64,000 nucleotides of DNA, from the NCBI GenBank assembly GCA_023515795.1, contig JALGPX010000063.1, forward strand, positions 1 to 64,000. Reading direction: 5' to 3'. Positions 45,310 to 58,118 of the stretch are shown here, piece after piece. Under the pieces are notes generated by a model. That model did not search any database and was not told the DNA's origin. It saw only the letters and a list, made by a program, of their open reading frames with translations. The first letter of the stretch is position 1. Every line of letters starts with the position of its first letter. Position numbers and translations under genes: made by a program. The stretch is from Amoeboaphelidium occidentale. Its lineage: Eukaryota.

Positions 45310-47774
45310 ATGAAACACAGTCAAAGCGGATTGTTACAACAAGGACAACAACAAGAAGGACTACTAAGAGACAGAGAACCACTCACTCTTCCATTGTCTC
45401 AACAATCGAACAGCAATAACAGCAGCAGTAGTAGTGCTCAAAGACATCAACAGAGTCCATTACTGCTGCACCATCAGTTGCCTATATTGGATTACGAAGT
45501 TACAAATTGGTCATCGTACTCTGCTCAGTACCATCCGAAACACATCAGAGAGAACAAACCGACTGATCAAGGCTCTCGCTGGTCTTCCGGCTCCAATAAT
45601 CAGAATCAGTACATTCTGTTGGAACTATCGAAGCCTGCCATTGTTCACACTATAACGTTTGGCAAGTATCACAAGGTGCATGTGTGTAATCTGAAAGAGT
45701 TCAAAGTTTATGGTGGAATGAATAAGAGTAAGCTCACGGAATTACTACATTCAGGTATGTGTATCATGCTATTGAATAGTGTTGATCTAAACTCTATGGT
45801 TTTATTTCCTGTGTAGGCTTGCGAAATGATAATGAGATGGAGACATTCCCACTAAAGTTTCAGACTTCTCAAGGTATCACTTTTCCATGCAAATACATCA
45901 AGATTGTTCCACTGATGGCATGGGGTGCAAACTTCAACTTCTCTATCTGGTTCGTTGAATTGCGTGGACTTAACGCACAGGATACTATATCACACGCAGT
46001 ATCTCAGTATACTAATTGGGCTGAACGAGAATCATTGCGTCTGTGTCTGAAGCATTTGAGGCAAAGGAATCTAATGATACCGTTTGAAATGATTCAAAAA
46101 GAAACTGGCATAAAACTCGAAGATGATATGCTGACAGATCTACACAGAAAGCTTGTTCAAGATGGAGACTTTGCTGGTGTAGAGGCAATACTTCGTAAAG
46201 CGTGTGAATCTGGTATGTTTGCTGAGTATATTAGAGAATCTCCTTATAAGCCGCAATGGACAAGAATTTTTGCAAAAGACGACAATGGAGACTCACCAAC
46301 TATGAGAGGTGGCCATCAAATGACTATTGATCTTGAGAATCGCCTCATTTATCTTATTGGCGGCTGGGATGGAACAAAGGATTTGAGTGACTTTTGGGTT
46401 TTCGACTGCGCTAACGAAAAATGGCATTGTCTTAGTCAAGACACTTCTAAAGACGGTGGGCCCGGTCCAAGAAGCTGTCACAAGATTTGCTTTGATCAAA
46501 CATCAAGAAGAATTTATCTTCTTGGAAAGTATATCGATTTACAGTCACGAGCTAATGTAGCAGCTGATTCCGACTTTTACAGTTACAATTGCATCACCAA
46601 CAAATGGTCAAAGTTGTCTGATAATACGTTTCTTGAAGGTGGTCCAGAACTAATCTATGATCATCAAATGTGCATTGACACAGCAAGAAGAATGATGTAT
46701 GTATTTGGTGGCAAAATCATTCCAAATCCAGCTGTCGGAACTAATGTTGTTCAAGGCAATTCGCCTGAGACTAGTTACTCTGGTCTTTACTCTTACGATT
46801 TAACAACTGGCCAATGGAAACTGCTTCGCAATGACCAGACTTCTCCGTCTTCTCCAAACGGAACCCAATCTGGCGGTGTTCAACTGAAATCAAGAATTGG
46901 CCACTCAATGTTGTTCCATCCGATATCTAGGTTGATGTATATCTTTGCTGGCCAAAGACTGAAGGACTATCTTTCTGACTATTACGTTTATGATGTTGAT
47001 CGCCAAGTTGTAATTGAAATGAATCGGGACTCTTCAAAGAATGGTGGTCCAGATGCTGGGTTCACTCAAAGAGCTACTATTGATCCAGAAGCAAATGAGT
47101 TCTATGTCTTTTCTGGCTTGATGCGTGAAAAAGGTTCTTCTACGGAAACAGTCAAGAACAGTTTCTGGGTTTATTCAATAACCAAAGATAAATGGACCAA
47201 AATTTATCAAAACGACAACACTGGCCATGATTATTGGAAGTCTATGGAAAACCTAGAACCTTGCCCAAGGTTTGCGCATCAGCTAATTTACGATGAGAAA
47301 ACTAAAACACAGTATCTGTTTGGTGGAAATCCAGGAGAAGCTAGTAATACCGGAGCAAGATTAGATGATTTTTGGAAATTGAAGTTAAACAGAGATTCAG
47401 AGTCTGACATTTTGAGAAAATGCTTATTTTTGGTGCGCCGCGAAAGGTTTAGAGAGATGTGTTCAAACATGAAAGGAGATGATCCTTCAATGAGTGGAAC
47501 AAGTAATTCCGATTCATTGGCTGCTCTGAAGTACTTGCAAGTTGACATTTCTGGTGTTGTTAATCATCATAATGAAGAAGAAAGCAAAGAATTCAGGGCG
47601 ATAACTGGTTTCTTGTTTGAAAAGAAAGGTAAAATGCTATGATTCTGTTTCTTAATGTTCTTAGAATACGAGGATGTTTTCACTAAGAGGACCGAAGTTT
47701 ATGAGAAGCTTTTGGAGTTCTTCCCAGAATCCATGAAACAACCGAAGAATAACCTCATTGACTTGATCCAATGA
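45310..47774 (+). CDS. MKLN1: Muskelin (discoidin, LisH, kelch; CTLH complex)
   Basis: SRWSS, ITFGKYHKVHVCNLKEFKVYGG, RGGHQM, PCPRFAHQ, RLDDFW; introns near 45755-45817 and 47629-47663. Confidence 0.9.
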
Positions 47775-47845
47775 GTTGAAAAGAACATGACTTAGACGTG
47801 GTTTTGTGTTTCATTAAAGTTTCATTATCTCGCAATATGAATGTT

Positions 47846-48841
47846 TTATTGAAGCTCTGCTGGAGTTTCGTGTTTTTGTATGATACTCTTCTCCCATGCA
47901 GCAAGAAAATCTTCCTTAATCGCTCCATTTCCATCCAGCAGGTTTGCATGCTTTTTCGCATGGATGAGCATGTTGTCTTTTCTTGAGAAACGCTTGGAGC
48001 AATCTATATCATAAGAATCTGCAAGTGCATAATTACCTGGATCTACACATTCAAAAGGTCTTGAACCATTGTGACTCCTCTCATGTCGTTTTCTGTGAGC
48101 ATCTGATGGAAAGGAACCTTCACAGTCTTCATATCTGCAAACATACTTTCGCCTGTTATTTTCCTTAACGACTGGTGGCTGTTCCTTTTTTAAACTAGAG
48201 CTGAATCTTCTTCGCCGTGTTTCATCCGAGCATCTGTCCTTGGCTGCAATTTGATCTTGAAATTCGGTTACAACAACGCTGTCAGACTTCGATTTGATTC
48301 TTTCCTGAATTATGGTTCTCAGATTAGCATATTTCGATGGTACTTCCTTTATCTTCTCTGTATCTGTCGACCCGATTCTGATTATCTCCGATCTTCCCGT
48401 AGTAGTTTCACTCCTGATTTGCGTTTGAACAGGTTTGCATACATCTGAAATTGCAGTACCTGTAGAGAATACAGGGCCTAGATCTTGATGAGTTGAAGCA
48501 TTCTTGACCTCACTTGATATTCCATTCTTCCTCTTTCGAGTTGCTGTAATTGAATTGGCGTTTCGTTTGCGATATTCTCCTGGAGCAAATCGGTACTGTT
48601 TCGGTTGAACCATCTGATAAGGATAACTGCTGGTATAAAATTGGTTATTCGGAGATCTGAATGAATGTGAGCTGTTTAAACTCTCCAAACTCCCATATTG
48701 TGATACTGACACAGAGGTTGCGATTGAAGCAAATGCGGTCAACAGTGATGCAGCAGACATGGCAAGTTCATCCTGATGAGCAACTACTGTATTTTGACAT
48801 AATCGATCGTCTGCATTGTTAAGTAAACTCTTGATATCCAT
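47846..48841 (-). CDS. Two-C2H2 zinc-finger transcription factor (Nrg1-like)
   Basis: C2H2 pair ending FSRKDNMLIH; in-frame 33-nt intron 48004-48036 restores the finger spacing. Confidence 0.75.
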   Translation of the reverse strand: MDIKSLLNNADDRLCQNTVVAHQDELAMSAASLLTAFASIATSVSVSQYGSLESLNSSHSFRSPNNQFYTSSYPYQMVQPKQYRFAPGEYRKRNANSITATRKRKNGISSEVKNASTHQDLGPVFSTGTAISDVCKPVQTQIRSETTTGRSEIIRIGSTDTEKIKEVPSKYANLRTIIQERIKSKSDSVVVTEFQDQIAAKDRCSDETRRRRFSSSLKKEQPPVVKENNRRKYVCRYEDCEGSFPSDAHRKRHERSHNGSRPFECVDPGNYALADSYDIDCSKRFSRKDNMLIHAKKHANLLDGNGAIKEDFLAAWEKSIIQKHETPAELQ

Positions 48842-49590
48842 TTTGTAACAGTAAAAGTATAATCAGTATGGTGTTTCCGTAAGGAGCAGGTATTGAGCCG
48901 AGTCGAGAATGGGGCTTCTTTAAAAATAAGGATGCACTGCGCCACTCAAAAGACGATAGTTAGAAACGAAATGTATTGCTCTTGCGGCCTTATCTAGTGT
49001 CTCTAATTCGGTTGCCATGACAACTGACTACCTTACGATACTTTAAGCACGTAAGGCATTTCAACACGAGCTAAACGCAATAGGTTGTTCTGCTACACGC
49101 GAAGAAGACATTCTTACTACTACAGCATCTACGCGTTAGGATTCAAAATGACAGATTGCGAAAGAAAGTTATGTAGGCTCGATTTTGCCACGGAATCCAT
49201 TGATAAGAATAGCGTGGCACCCAACCGATACGTTGCTCTCAGACTAGTTTGACGGTCTGAAAAGGATAGATAACCTTTGCAGATGCTTTTTTAAGCCTTG
49301 TATTTATAAGCGTTAAGAAAAGAAAATTTGGTTGGATCTGCAGCGGTTGAAATCACATTGAGGTTCAATTTGCGTCAGAACCTGGTGATATTATTCTGAT
49401 TTTAATACGAAACTGCTCAATTTGACTTCATGTGAGTTCGTCTTCCTCTCGTAAAAGCTACAGCGTCTTCTTTTGAGTTTTTGTTACTCACCTTGAAGCT
49501 TGCCTCTCAAGTTCCTTTTTTTCTTTGCAGAGATTCAGTGAAAGGTAAACCATTATCCTTCTCGTGAAAAACCAAACCTTCTTTTTAAAG

Positions 49591-49925
49591 ATGCACTACT
49601 GGAACGAAGAAGAGCGCAAAGAAAAGCATGAACGTTTTACGACGGTCCCTATGGATCCTCGTTACCCAAATACCAACCAAGCAAAGCGTTGTTATGCCAA
49701 TTATATCGATTTTTACAAGTGTGCAAAGTCAAAGGGCGAGGATGCTCCTGTCTGCCAGGAGTTTAAGTTTGCTTTTAAGGAAATCTGCCCTCCATTCTGG
49801 ACTGACGGTAGGATTTGATGGAACTGAGAGAGAGATTTGCTAACGACTTTGTAGCATGGGACGAACAGAGAGCTGCAGGAAGACATCCGGTAAGGGATAT
49901 CAACGAAGTTGAACCAAAGTTCTAA
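49591..49925 (+). CDS. COX12: Cytochrome c oxidase subunit 6B
   Basis: DPRYPNTNQAKRCY.NY.DF.KC, ICP..W|..WDEQR; intron ~49808-49854. Confidence 0.9.
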
Positions 49926-50006
49926 TTGGCCTAATAAAGAGAATGTCTGAGTTCATGATGAGGGTTATTTAGTATGCGAATTTATTCAAATGCTTTTCCT
50001 TGTGCT

Positions 50007-52031
50007 TTACTGACATTCCGCAGGAACAGTGAAGTCTTCCATACCACCGCTTCTTGCCTTCTGACCTAGACCACGCTTAGCGAAACCCTTCCACAATTCA
50101 CACTTGTTTGCGCTATTGTAGTTGACTTCATCAGCCTGAAGAATCGCATCACGAGCATCAACAAAAGAAGGTCTGCAAGGCTGCAATTTCATACCATCAA
50201 CGATCAATTTCATAGCCATGATGTTACCAGCTGGAACGCTATCAGTGTCTTTGCCCTTGGCTTCAATGTTGTACCAATCCTTTGAAAAGCCGTGCTTATC
50301 GACCAAGTTCCAGTAAACCTCGTACAAAATAACAGCCCAAACTTCACCTTTAGCATGGACACCATAGTAATCAAACTTCTTGATGAATGCATAAGTAGAT
50401 GGATTGACTTTCATATCAGTGGAGTAGACGTACTTTCTGATACCCTTCTTGTTGTTCATGGAATAAGCACCCATAGACTTGATAGTTTTGCGGTCATCCG
50501 TAGACTTCATTCTCAGAATGGTAGCAAAAAAATCACCCCATCCTTCACCCATACCGCCAGCTTCTCCCCATCCCAAACAACCAGAGTTTGCAGGGCCACC
50601 AGTCAATCTGGTTGAGATTCCATGTCCATACTCGTGAATGATAATACCACTTTCCAAATCACCGTCTCTTCTTGGAGTACTTTGATCCCAAATGTACATT
50701 CTCATTCTTCCGTTCTGACCGTCAGGAGGAGTTGCAAAGTTGGCATTGTTCAAACCAGAACCATCTTGTGCATTGGCAATGACTTGATCGTTTCCTTTAC
50801 CACCACGACCGAAATTGTTCTTTTGGAAGTTACCAGACTTTTCATCAAAACCGTACTTGTAAAACAAATCGTGAATAACATTGTTCCAATAGAATAAATT
50901 TGTGACAGCAGCTTCAACGTAGTCCTTTGGATCCTTCTTGAAATCAATATCAAAGTCAAAGTTCAAAGATTTTCCACCATCTGGTTGCATTGGTTGAGTC
51001 TCTGTCAAACGACCGCCCCAGTTAGCTTGAGCTTCAACGTTGTTTCCAGAAGTAACAGTGAATTGCTTCTTACCATCAGAATGCCAGCCTTCAGGAGATG
51101 CTTCCTTATCAGCAGGATTAATAACAATTTGACGATCACCGTCTTCAGGATCGTTAACACCCAAAGGATAAACATTGTACTTGGAGCGAAGACCCTTATC
51201 ATCTTCTTCCTTCTCATCGTAATAATCAGTAACCCAGTCCAAAATTTGCAAGACCTTTCCAGAAACAGAATCAATATGTGCATGATACCAGTTCTCTTCC
51301 ATTTCAGCTTGAACATCCCAAACTTCTTCAAGTTTGAAACCACCTTGACCATCCTCGACTTGCAAGAAGTTCATTTCAACACGAGCTTGGCGGTTGACAG
51401 TGAATGGAACATTTGTTACAGTGACACGAGGCTCTTCGTTAAGACTATTAACAGTTTCTTCAATAGCCATTTCACTCTTGTCAACATTCAAGCCCAAATA
51501 CTTTGCCAAAGATTCAACAGCTTCTGAAGGCGTGATTCTCTTTTCATACAAAGATGCACCAAAGCCACGAACATCTTCAGGCTTTCTCTGATAGAAAGAA
51601 GAACCATAACTGACAACGCGACCATTCTTGTCAATGTTAACGTTCGCATCACCATTCTCAACTTCGATACCATCAATTCTTTGCTTGAAGTAAATGTGAT
51701 GAACGCCATTACTTTCGGTTTTGTAGCTATTCATGATCACATATTCCTGTTCAGAAATTTGCAACTTTTCCATCAAGAACTTCTGAGCGATAGTGACAGG
51801 ATCTTCTTGTGATTCTTCAGACAGATACGCAAACTTGATCTGATCATTATCAGAGATGAAGTTGTTGTACTCTTGCTGTTGAAAACGTAAGAAGCGATTT
51901 GGACGACCTGATAAGCTCTTCGAAATACCAGACTCGTACTTTGGTGTGATCTCTGGTGCGAAGAGGGGTTTGTGAATGCGATTAGTAGATGCTAATGCGA
52001 TAACGCTGAGCAATAGAAATAGTTTTTTCAT
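50007..52031 (-). CDS. Fungalysin (M36) secreted metallopeptidase
   Basis: Signal peptide, FTP propeptide, NNANFATPPDG, HEYGH, GEGWGD, FAKRGLG. Confidence 0.95.
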   Translation of the reverse strand: MKKLFLLLSVIALASTNRIHKPLFAPEITPKYESGISKSLSGRPNRFLRFQQQEYNNFISDNDQIKFAYLSEESQEDPVTIAQKFLMEKLQISEQEYVIMNSYKTESNGVHHIYFKQRIDGIEVENGDANVNIDKNGRVVSYGSSFYQRKPEDVRGFGASLYEKRITPSEAVESLAKYLGLNVDKSEMAIEETVNSLNEEPRVTVTNVPFTVNRQARVEMNFLQVEDGQGGFKLEEVWDVQAEMEENWYHAHIDSVSGKVLQILDWVTDYYDEKEEDDKGLRSKYNVYPLGVNDPEDGDRQIVINPADKEASPEGWHSDGKKQFTVTSGNNVEAQANWGGRLTETQPMQPDGGKSLNFDFDIDFKKDPKDYVEAAVTNLFYWNNVIHDLFYKYGFDEKSGNFQKNNFGRGGKGNDQVIANAQDGSGLNNANFATPPDGQNGRMRMYIWDQSTPRRDGDLESGIIIHEYGHGISTRLTGGPANSGCLGWGEAGGMGEGWGDFFATILRMKSTDDRKTIKSMGAYSMNNKKGIRKYVYSTDMKVNPSTYAFIKKFDYYGVHAKGEVWAVILYEVYWNLVDKHGFSKDWYNIEAKGKDTDSVPAGNIMAMKLIVDGMKLQPCRPSFVDARDAILQADEVNYNSANKCELWKGFAKRGLGQKARSGGMEDFTVPAECQ

Positions 52032-52197
52032 ATGATCTTTCGAAATAGGTACGATATCTGGAATGCAATTTATATTGTGCGCCTAGCAACAGAGCCTCCA
52101 ATCAGACTTATGGTCAGGTGATGAAAAACAGCAAAACGCGATTTTCGACCAATAGGACCACGTGAAACCAGTTCTATTTGAAATCGATTACTATCTT

Positions 52198-54189
52198 CTA
52201 AGAGAACGACTTTAGGAAATTGGATGGGCACCAGCCCTCTTTCACAATCTTCCATGTGCCAAAATCAGCATCAGCCTCAGCTTCTTTCTCAAATAATAGT
52301 AACAACCCAAACCACCATCCAGAAGTATCTTTCTTGACAATCTTTATCAAATCGCCTTGTTTGAAAGCCAATTCTCCTAACCCTGGTGCGCTATACTCAA
52401 ACATTGCAGTGTAAATTGAATGTCTAGGAACATCTGTCTCTGCTGAAAAGTTTCGAGTTCTTTTTATCGAAGATAGAGTCTCCGCTGATTTAGCCCTCTC
52501 TAATGTCTTGTTAGGACTTCCATTTGTATATCTGCGCGCAATTTTCGGAGGAGAATCAGGTATTTCTGCATCATCAGAATTGTTGTCCTGTTCCTTTTCA
52601 TCTTCTTTTCCAAGAGTTTTGAATGCAGCATCAAGTTTAGTTAAAATCTCTTCTGCAAAACTATCTTTCTCAACAGTAGCGGGTAAATCAGCCAAAGATT
52701 TGGTTTCTTTGATGACTTCGTGATCTGCGTCTTCATCCTCTTCATCCTCATTGAAAGTCTCCAACAACTTGCTTTTCTTTTTTGAGAACTTTGTTCGTTT
52801 CATCAATGTTCTCATAGATGTAGCTCTTGTCAAAGTAGCTTCAGGCTGAGGAGGCAATTCTCGAAACTCCAGTAGCGTATGAGAACTTGATGCTAAACTC
52901 GGAATGTTTACGTTTTCGGTTGGATTCAAAGGTATTAAAGTATTCGGAATTGTGTCACCAGTGTGTTTCTCTAATACTCTTTTAAATAAGTTGGATTCTG
53001 GTGAGTCGTTTTTACCGGACGCTGAGGGAACTGAGTCAAAATACTCTTCAATAAGTTTCAGTTGCAATTCTTGCCTCCACAGTAAACAAAGATCATCAAA
53101 ATCTTTCGAATTGCCAAAATCCTGAATAGTGATATTTTCATCAATGAACATGGAGTACTGCCTCTCTATGCTGAGACGATCAAGACTATTAATTGATGAA
53201 AACGGTAAAGAAGCATCAAATCTGGAGAAGGACACAAAGAGCGGATAAACTTGAGCCAATTCCGCATTTATCATGGAAGAAGTCTCAGAGAATCGATCTT
53301 CGCTGAGACGACTCACGCATTCCTTCTTCAAGTTCATTTGAGATACATTAAATAACGGAATTTGATGAGAATAACCGTCTGATCGAGCCAATGTCATCTT
53401 CTTCCTAGTAAAGCACCAAGCAACGTGATAATTTTTGATAAAATCGTACTGCATTCCGTGCCATAAAACTTGAAACTGCTCTTCTTCTATAAAGACAGAG
53501 TCAACTCTTTTAGATGTCCAAGTTTCGTGCAATTCTTGAAACTGCTCCGCTCCAAAGTTCCAACCAGACAAAAACATGATCGAAATGCCGTTCGTGAGAA
53601 TATCTTTGTACTGAATGCAGAGACAATAGGAAGGGACATTCGAGCTGTCGTAAAGTGAAGCTTCTTTTTGTGAGGCGTAATCCTGTCCGTAGTCACAAGC
53701 TTTCAAATCGCTTGCGCTTTCAAAATGAGTTAATTCAGTTTCCACGAATTCCGCATGTTCCTCTGCGTGAACAGAGAAAGGGGACTGCAATTCCACCAAC
53801 TTTAAATCAAAAATATCTTCAAACTCAATACAAAACTTCCTATTCCTTCCATTCGAGTTCAGAGTCTGTAAAATTGTAATGTTCCCTTCATAAATGAACC
53901 ACAAAGTCTCCATTCCCTGGGCCAAAAGTAAAGCTGATTTCCCCTTCCATTTGGCGTCCTTATTCAGTTGGTCCAGAAGCGCTTGCTGGTAAACATCGCG
54001 CCACATGTACGATGGCTGTCTCTCCAGTGTCTTCTTCTGTGGGACACTTTGCTTCTTCAAAGCCCCGTAAATCGAAAGCTTTCTACCCTGTAGCATACAA
54101 AATTCAATAGGTAGAAACCCTTTACATGAACAATTAAGGCTTCTGATCAATGTGGCGCAGCTCGGTTTCAACTTCCTGAAAGTTTTCAA
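52198..54189 (-). CDS. Protein with C-terminal SH3 domain; N-terminus uncertain
   Basis: YTAMFEY...ELAFKQGDLI...SGWW...GWCPSNF. Confidence 0.7.
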   Translation of the reverse strand: MKTFRKLKPSCATLIRSLNCSCKGFLPIEFCMLQGRKLSIYGALKKQSVPQKKTLERQPSYMWRDVYQQALLDQLNKDAKWKGKSALLLAQGMETLWFIYEGNITILQTLNSNGRNRKFCIEFEDIFDLKLVELQSPFSVHAEEHAEFVETELTHFESASDLKACDYGQDYASQKEASLYDSSNVPSYCLCIQYKDILTNGISIMFLSGWNFGAEQFQELHETWTSKRVDSVFIEEEQFQVLWHGMQYDFIKNYHVAWCFTRKKMTLARSDGYSHQIPLFNVSQMNLKKECVSRLSEDRFSETSSMINAELAQVYPLFVSFSRFDASLPFSSINSLDRLSIERQYSMFIDENITIQDFGNSKDFDDLCLLWRQELQLKLIEEYFDSVPSASGKNDSPESNLFKRVLEKHTGDTIPNTLIPLNPTENVNIPSLASSSHTLLEFRELPPQPEATLTRATSMRTLMKRTKFSKKKSKLLETFNEDEEDEDADHEVIKETKSLADLPATVEKDSFAEEILTKLDAAFKTLGKEDEKEQDNNSDDAEIPDSPPKIARRYTNGSPNKTLERAKSAETLSSIKRTRNFSAETDVPRHSIYTAMFEYSAPGLGELAFKQGDLIKIVKKDTSGWWFGLLLLFEKEAEADADFGTWKIVKEGWCPSNFLKSFS

Positions 54190-54230
54190 ACGAAGCTCTT
54201 GAGTAAAACCATACGAAATAGCGCAACGGT

Positions 54231-54683
54231 CTATTTAGTGAATATGCGCCTTCGATATTCATTATCGAACGAGAACGGCGTGTATGAACTCTTGTGTTCT
54301 CTGCCTGTCTTTGAGTCTGTCCATGTTGAAACGATTTCGTGCGTGTTCACGAAAGCCTCATAATGCTTGTAAGCAAACGATTCTCCAGCGACAAACAAAC
54401 TTGTTTTAGAGTCCAGAACACTATCCGATAGTAATGATAAAGAAATGTTTGAGTACCGAAAAGATAAGCTAGAAGATGAAGGACTCGGTGAGCAAATAGC
54501 ACCAAGATCGCTAGATTTGATTGTAGATTCGGTTCTTGAAGTAACTGGCAACGAATTCAGTCTGACTAGTGGTACAGCTGGAATCTTCTTTGCTTTAGGT
54601 GTCCGTCGATCTTTAGCAATCTTCTTTGGAATAGTTTGCGCAGTATCAGGCGGATTTGATCGCGTTCTTGTTGAGACTGCCAT
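54231..54683 (-). CDS. Hypothetical basic/Ser-rich protein
   Basis: ORF, likely start MAVSTRTR; no recognised domain. Confidence 0.35.
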   Translation of the reverse strand: MAVSTRTRSNPPDTAQTIPKKIAKDRRTPKAKKIPAVPLVRLNSLPVTSRTESTIKSSDLGAICSPSPSSSSLSFRYSNISLSLLSDSVLDSKTSLFVAGESFAYKHYEAFVNTHEIVSTWTDSKTGREHKSSYTPFSFDNEYRRRIFTK

Positions 54684-55054
54684 GATGCGATGATAAGCGA
54701 CCTTGAGAATTGAGACAAAGATTGCGCCTATAATTAGTATGTAACTCTGCACAGCCAATGATAACAGAATTAAATACTCGTAATTGCTCATTAATACTAG
54801 AAGTGTATCTGATTGTCGAAACTATTCTCAACTCCTTGAATTGCGTGCTTTGGGCATCAAGTCAGGTGATCACAGAATCCACGATCAGATTTAAATTGAA
54901 TCTAGTCATTAAAAAGTTAAACTATGGAAAGATCTGTAAAGGAGCTGAAACTGAACCTTAAGCGACATACAAAACAGCAACCGAAGATCGTCGGTCATCC
55001 TCGCGCTGATCCAAAAAATTTTCGTTCACAAAACATTTTTATACCGTCTATCCA

Positions 55055-56069
55055 ATGGTATGCATTTAATGGAACAACGCGTCTAATTCTCTGTTATAGT
55101 CTGGAAAAGGAAAAGTCGCACCTGCACCAAAAACTGCTGCTACCACAAAGAAGGCTCCTGCAAAGAAGGAAAACCCTTTGATCGAGAAGACTCCAAGAAA
55201 CTACGGAATTGGCAATGACATTCAACCAAAGCGCGACTTGTCTCGTTTTGTTAAATGGCCAAAGTACGTTCAGTTGCAGCGTCAGAAGACAATCTTGAAG
55301 ATGCGTTTGAAGGTTCCTCCATCCATCAACCAGTTCTCTCGTGTCTTGGACAAGAACACATCATCTCAATTGTTCAAATTGGTTGATAAGTACCGTCCAG
55401 AAACCAAGGTCGAGAAGAAGCAAAGATTGGCTACCGCTGCTGCACAGAAGGCTGAAGGAAAGGAAGTCGAGAAGGGACCAAAGCCTGTTGTCGTTAAGTA
55501 CGGTATCAACCACATTACCGCTTTAATCGAGAAGAAGAAGCCATCTTTGGTTATCATTGCTAACGATGTTGATCCTATTGAGGTAATTTTTGTTGATTGC
55601 TTTTTATATGGTCACGGTTCCTGTTCATTGCCTTGAGCATGATAGGATTTGCTTTAAGTCCGTGACTTTTCATTTTACTTAGTCGCCGTTATCGGTGGCA
55701 ATGACCCTTGCAATCAGATTCTGTCCCTCTCTCTGAGAAACACTAATTAATTGTTTGTAGTTGGTTGTTTGGTTGCCAGCTCTTTGCCGCAAGATGGGAG
55801 TCCCATACTGCATTGTCAAGGGAAAGGCAAAGTTGGGTCAGTTCGTCCACAAGAAGACTGCTACTGCATTGGCTCTAGTTGATGTTAAGCCAGAAGACAA
55901 GCAAGCTTTGGCTGCTTTGGTTTCCGCTGTTAAGGTAAACTACAACGACAAGTACGAAGAAGTTAGAAAGACTTGGGGTGGTGGTGTTAAGGGATTCAAA
56001 TCTCAGCAAAACGAAATCAAGCAAGAAAAGGCTAGGGCTAAGGCTGCTCTTCAAGTCAAGAAAGCTTAA
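55055..56069 (+). CDS. RPL8: 60S ribosomal protein eL8 (L7a/L8); 3 exons
   Basis: [35 protein letters not shown]; introns 55058-55099 and 55583-55760. Confidence 0.95.
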
Positions 56070-56123
56070 ATAGATCCTGAATAACAGAAACAGGAATAAA
56101 GGGGATTTTCGTATTGTTTCTAT

Positions 56124-57593
<1,470 letters not shown>

Positions 57594-57845
57594 CTAAGCC
57601 AGTTTACACAACCAGATTTCCCATTTCCGATTAGATCTGTGATCATCTGAGTGCATCCTAAATTTACTGATCATCTGTCACCGATTGAGGTGATCAAACT
57701 AACATTGATTGAGACCAGCCAATTGGAACAGTTGATTTGTTTGATATCAAGTTTGCGATAATCTCACCAAAATGCATAAAAGGCCAGAGGTCTCAGCTGC
57801 ATTTTTATCATCAAAAAGAATCTAATAATAACAACAATAATCAAA

Positions 57846-58118
57846 ATGAAATACTTCGCTGCTATCTTCGCTACTCTCTTGTCTATTGCTTCTGTTGCTC
57901 AAGCTGCTCCTGTTGAACTTGAAAAGCGTCAAATAATGGCCGGTGGAATGGGAAATATTGTTGTCCCTGCAGGTTTGGGCGCTGGAACCGTGTTTTACGA
58001 TGCTGGCCTTCCATTCATTGTTGGCCCAGGTGGCATGCCTCTTCCATATGCTGATGTCATTGCAAATCCTTTGGGCTTTGGTTTCGACGCTGGTTTCTCT
58101 CCAGTTTTCTTGTATTAA
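57846..58118 (+). CDS. Small secreted Gly/Pro-rich pre-pro-peptide with Kex2 site
   Basis: Signal peptide, APVELEKR, then 62-aa hydrophobic mature region; GCT/GTT-rich codons like the RPL8 gene. Confidence 0.7.
   Translation: MKYFAAIFATLLSIASVAQAAPVELEKRQIMAGGMGNIVVPAGLGAGTVFYDAGLPFIVGPGGMPLPYADVIANPLGFGFDAGFSPVFLY

Noticed and set aside
48850..49560. tRNA or other RNA gene in the long intergenic region
   Set aside because: No cloverleaf, A/B boxes or convincing stems seen by eye; likely a divergent promoter region
50210..51709. Several overlapping and antisense ORFs within the fungalysin gene (likewise within RIM15 and NASP)
   Set aside because: Shadow ORFs from biased codon usage; no motifs
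55605..55710. HDV-like ribozyme or canonical H/ACA snoRNA in the eL8 intron
   Set aside because: Helix order resembles HDV, but P3/L3 size, P1.1 and the J4/2 catalytic strand do not fit; no H box follows the first hairpin
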